A stretch of DNA of 64,000 nucleotides from the human T2T-CHM13v2.0 reference genome, Homo sapiens: contig CP086569.2 of NCBI GenBank assembly GCA_009914755.4, positions 21,568,001-21,632,000 on the forward strand. Direction: 5' to 3'. The translations under genes and the position numbers were made by a program. Shown piece by piece: positions 63,050 through 64,000 of the stretch (position 1 is its first letter; every line of letters starts with the position of its first letter). Under the pieces are notes generated by a model. The model saw only the letters and a list, made by a program, of their open reading frames with translations, searched no databases and was not told where the DNA came from.

Positions 63050-63950
63050 CTGCTCCTTCAGAGCTTCTGTTAAATATTTTTAAAGTTGGCGAAAGATAAT
63101 TTTTAGAGTGTAAACTGCGTCCTCCCAGCTTAGCCGACCTGAGGGGAGGAAGCACAACAAAAAGTCCCGTGGCATAACTGACACCTATGAATCAGTATCA
63201 GAAACTGAATATGCTAAGAAACTCAGTTCCGAGCTGTGACCTCTACAACGGAAGAATAATAGGTTGGTTACCCGAGGCGGAATCTGGAACTGAAATTCTC
63301 ACTCATTTGACTTCCCGCTGTTTATCACCGCAGATTACGGTTGCACCGTAAAAGGAGAGGTTCTGTTCCGTCGCGGGATTTCGCCATGGTAAGACGTCTG
63401 CGTCCTAGCTCCGGATTTATCTGCCTCCATCCTTTGAAGAAGGGCCTTCCATCTTGGCAAGCTTTTACTTTTCGGGTACCGCTGCTTGGCGGGTGGGAAT
63501 GCTGCTGGTGCTGCTTCAGGAAACCCGATTTGGAGAGCGGAGGTCTGAGAAGAGTGCGGCTGGGGGTTCCGGGCTGGCCCTTGTGCTCGGCCTGGGCGCC
63601 GGTGGTGCTGTTGGCACGTGAGTCTTGTTAGGAATAAGCTTCCTCGGCTAACCTTACAAGTCCACCCTTGACTCCGCAGCCCAGCACTGGCTTTTTACGC
63701 GGGTTAGCTTATATCCATACGTTGAAGCAGTCTCAGATTCGCTTGGAGAGCACTGTGGACGCTGTCTTGACAGACGCCAGAGAGACTCGTGAGGTTGTCA
63801 AAGGTCTGGGAGTTTTGCGGGGTTTGTTCTGGAGTCTGGCAGGAAGTAATATTTGCTCAAAACTGGGCGTGAAATAGCCTGGACTGTCCTTTCTCCTCCG
63901 ATCCGGTATTACCCGTTAGCAGTTGTTACAGCTGAAGATAAAGACATTTT
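63050..63950 (+). promoter_or_regulatory. CpG island / TATA-less promoter region spanning the putative RPS4Y-type first exon
   Basis: CpG density rises sharply (>50 CpG dinucleotides in ~900 bp) against AT-rich, CpG-depleted flanks upstream. Confidence 0.7.
63362..63388 (+). other. RPS4Y: putative exon 1 of a ribosomal-protein S4 (RPS4Y-type) gene: 5'TOP-like start (cTCTGTTCC), 24-nt 5'UTR, initiator ATG as last 3 nt of the exon, then GTAAGA donor
   Basis: ttctgttccgtcgcgggatttcgccATG|gtaagacg resembles the remembered RPS4X/RPS4Y mRNA 5' end CTCTTTCCGTCGCAGAGTTTCGCCATG; ATG-terminal first exons are typical of RP genes; Y-linked context (TBL1Y-like copy 15 kb upstream) favours the Y paralog. 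Confidence 0.45.
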
Positions 63951-63999
63951 ACTGTTAACTGAGACGAGTTTCTCTGAAAAAGTTTGGTGTCTTTTTCAG
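63389..63999 (+). other. RPS4Y: putative intron 1 of the RPS4Y-type gene (611 bp), ending in polypyrimidine-AG at the last bases of the window
   Basis: gtaagacg donor at 63389; ..ggtgtctttttcag|g at 63988-64000; the final window base g would be the first base of codon 2 (GCN, Ala). Confidence 0.4.
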
Positions 64000-64000
64000 G

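Noticed and set aside
63341-63631. 96-aa ORF starting upstream of the RPS4-type ATG and continuing through the GTAAGA donor
   Set aside because: It runs straight through a consensus splice donor into CpG-island intron sequence with no homology. The biologically sensible reading is ATG|intron.

Overview
This window reads as catarrhine-primate (human-type) nuclear DNA, not prokaryotic sequence. More than half of it is interspersed repeats.

Repeats. Positions 1–3290 hold a near full-length L1PA-type LINE-1 on the minus strand, with 5'UTR, ORF1 and the ORF2 N-half. A roughly 21-kb block at 9.4–30.3 kb consists of four nested or abutting L1 copies, all on the plus strand, with broken ORF1/ORF2. 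There are about 25 Alu elements or Alu fragments, and three of them keep perfect target-site duplications. Also present are a THE1/MST (MaLR) solo LTR, two copies of a palindromic MITE-like DNA transposon, an hAT/MER-type fragment, several micro- and minisatellites, and a possible ERV solo LTR.

Genic content. At 34.47–48.66 kb on the plus strand I recognise eight internal exons of a transducin-beta-like-1 gene copy. Its residues match the Y-linked paralogue TBL1Y rather than TBL1X/TBL1XR1. The copy has canonical introns but carries at least six disabling lesions (frameshifts, two nonsense codons, a mutated acceptor). It lacks one expected internal exon, its homology stops abruptly at the 5' side inside an exon, and it continues no further 3' in this window. 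I therefore call it an unprocessed, truncated TBL1Y-like pseudogene. The last ~1 kb of the window is a CpG island. It contains a pyrimidine-tract start site and an ATG immediately followed by a GTAAGA donor, and the upstream 5'UTR matches what I remember of RPS4X/RPS4Y. The ~610-bp intron ends in a polypyrimidine-AG exactly at the window edge. This looks like an RPS4Y-type first exon.

Interpretation. Together these point to a Y-chromosome (male-specific region) segment in which a truncated TBL1Y duplicate lies about 15 kb upstream of an RPS4Y-family promoter. No coding sequence other than these could be supported. There are no CRISPR arrays, no bacterial operons, and no evidence of a novel biological system. 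The open ORFs in the six-frame track are L1 ORF fragments, Alu or antisense read-throughs, or exon-into-intron read-throughs. All family assignments come from reading the sequence from memory without alignment tools, and repeat boundaries are approximate to about ±20 bp.
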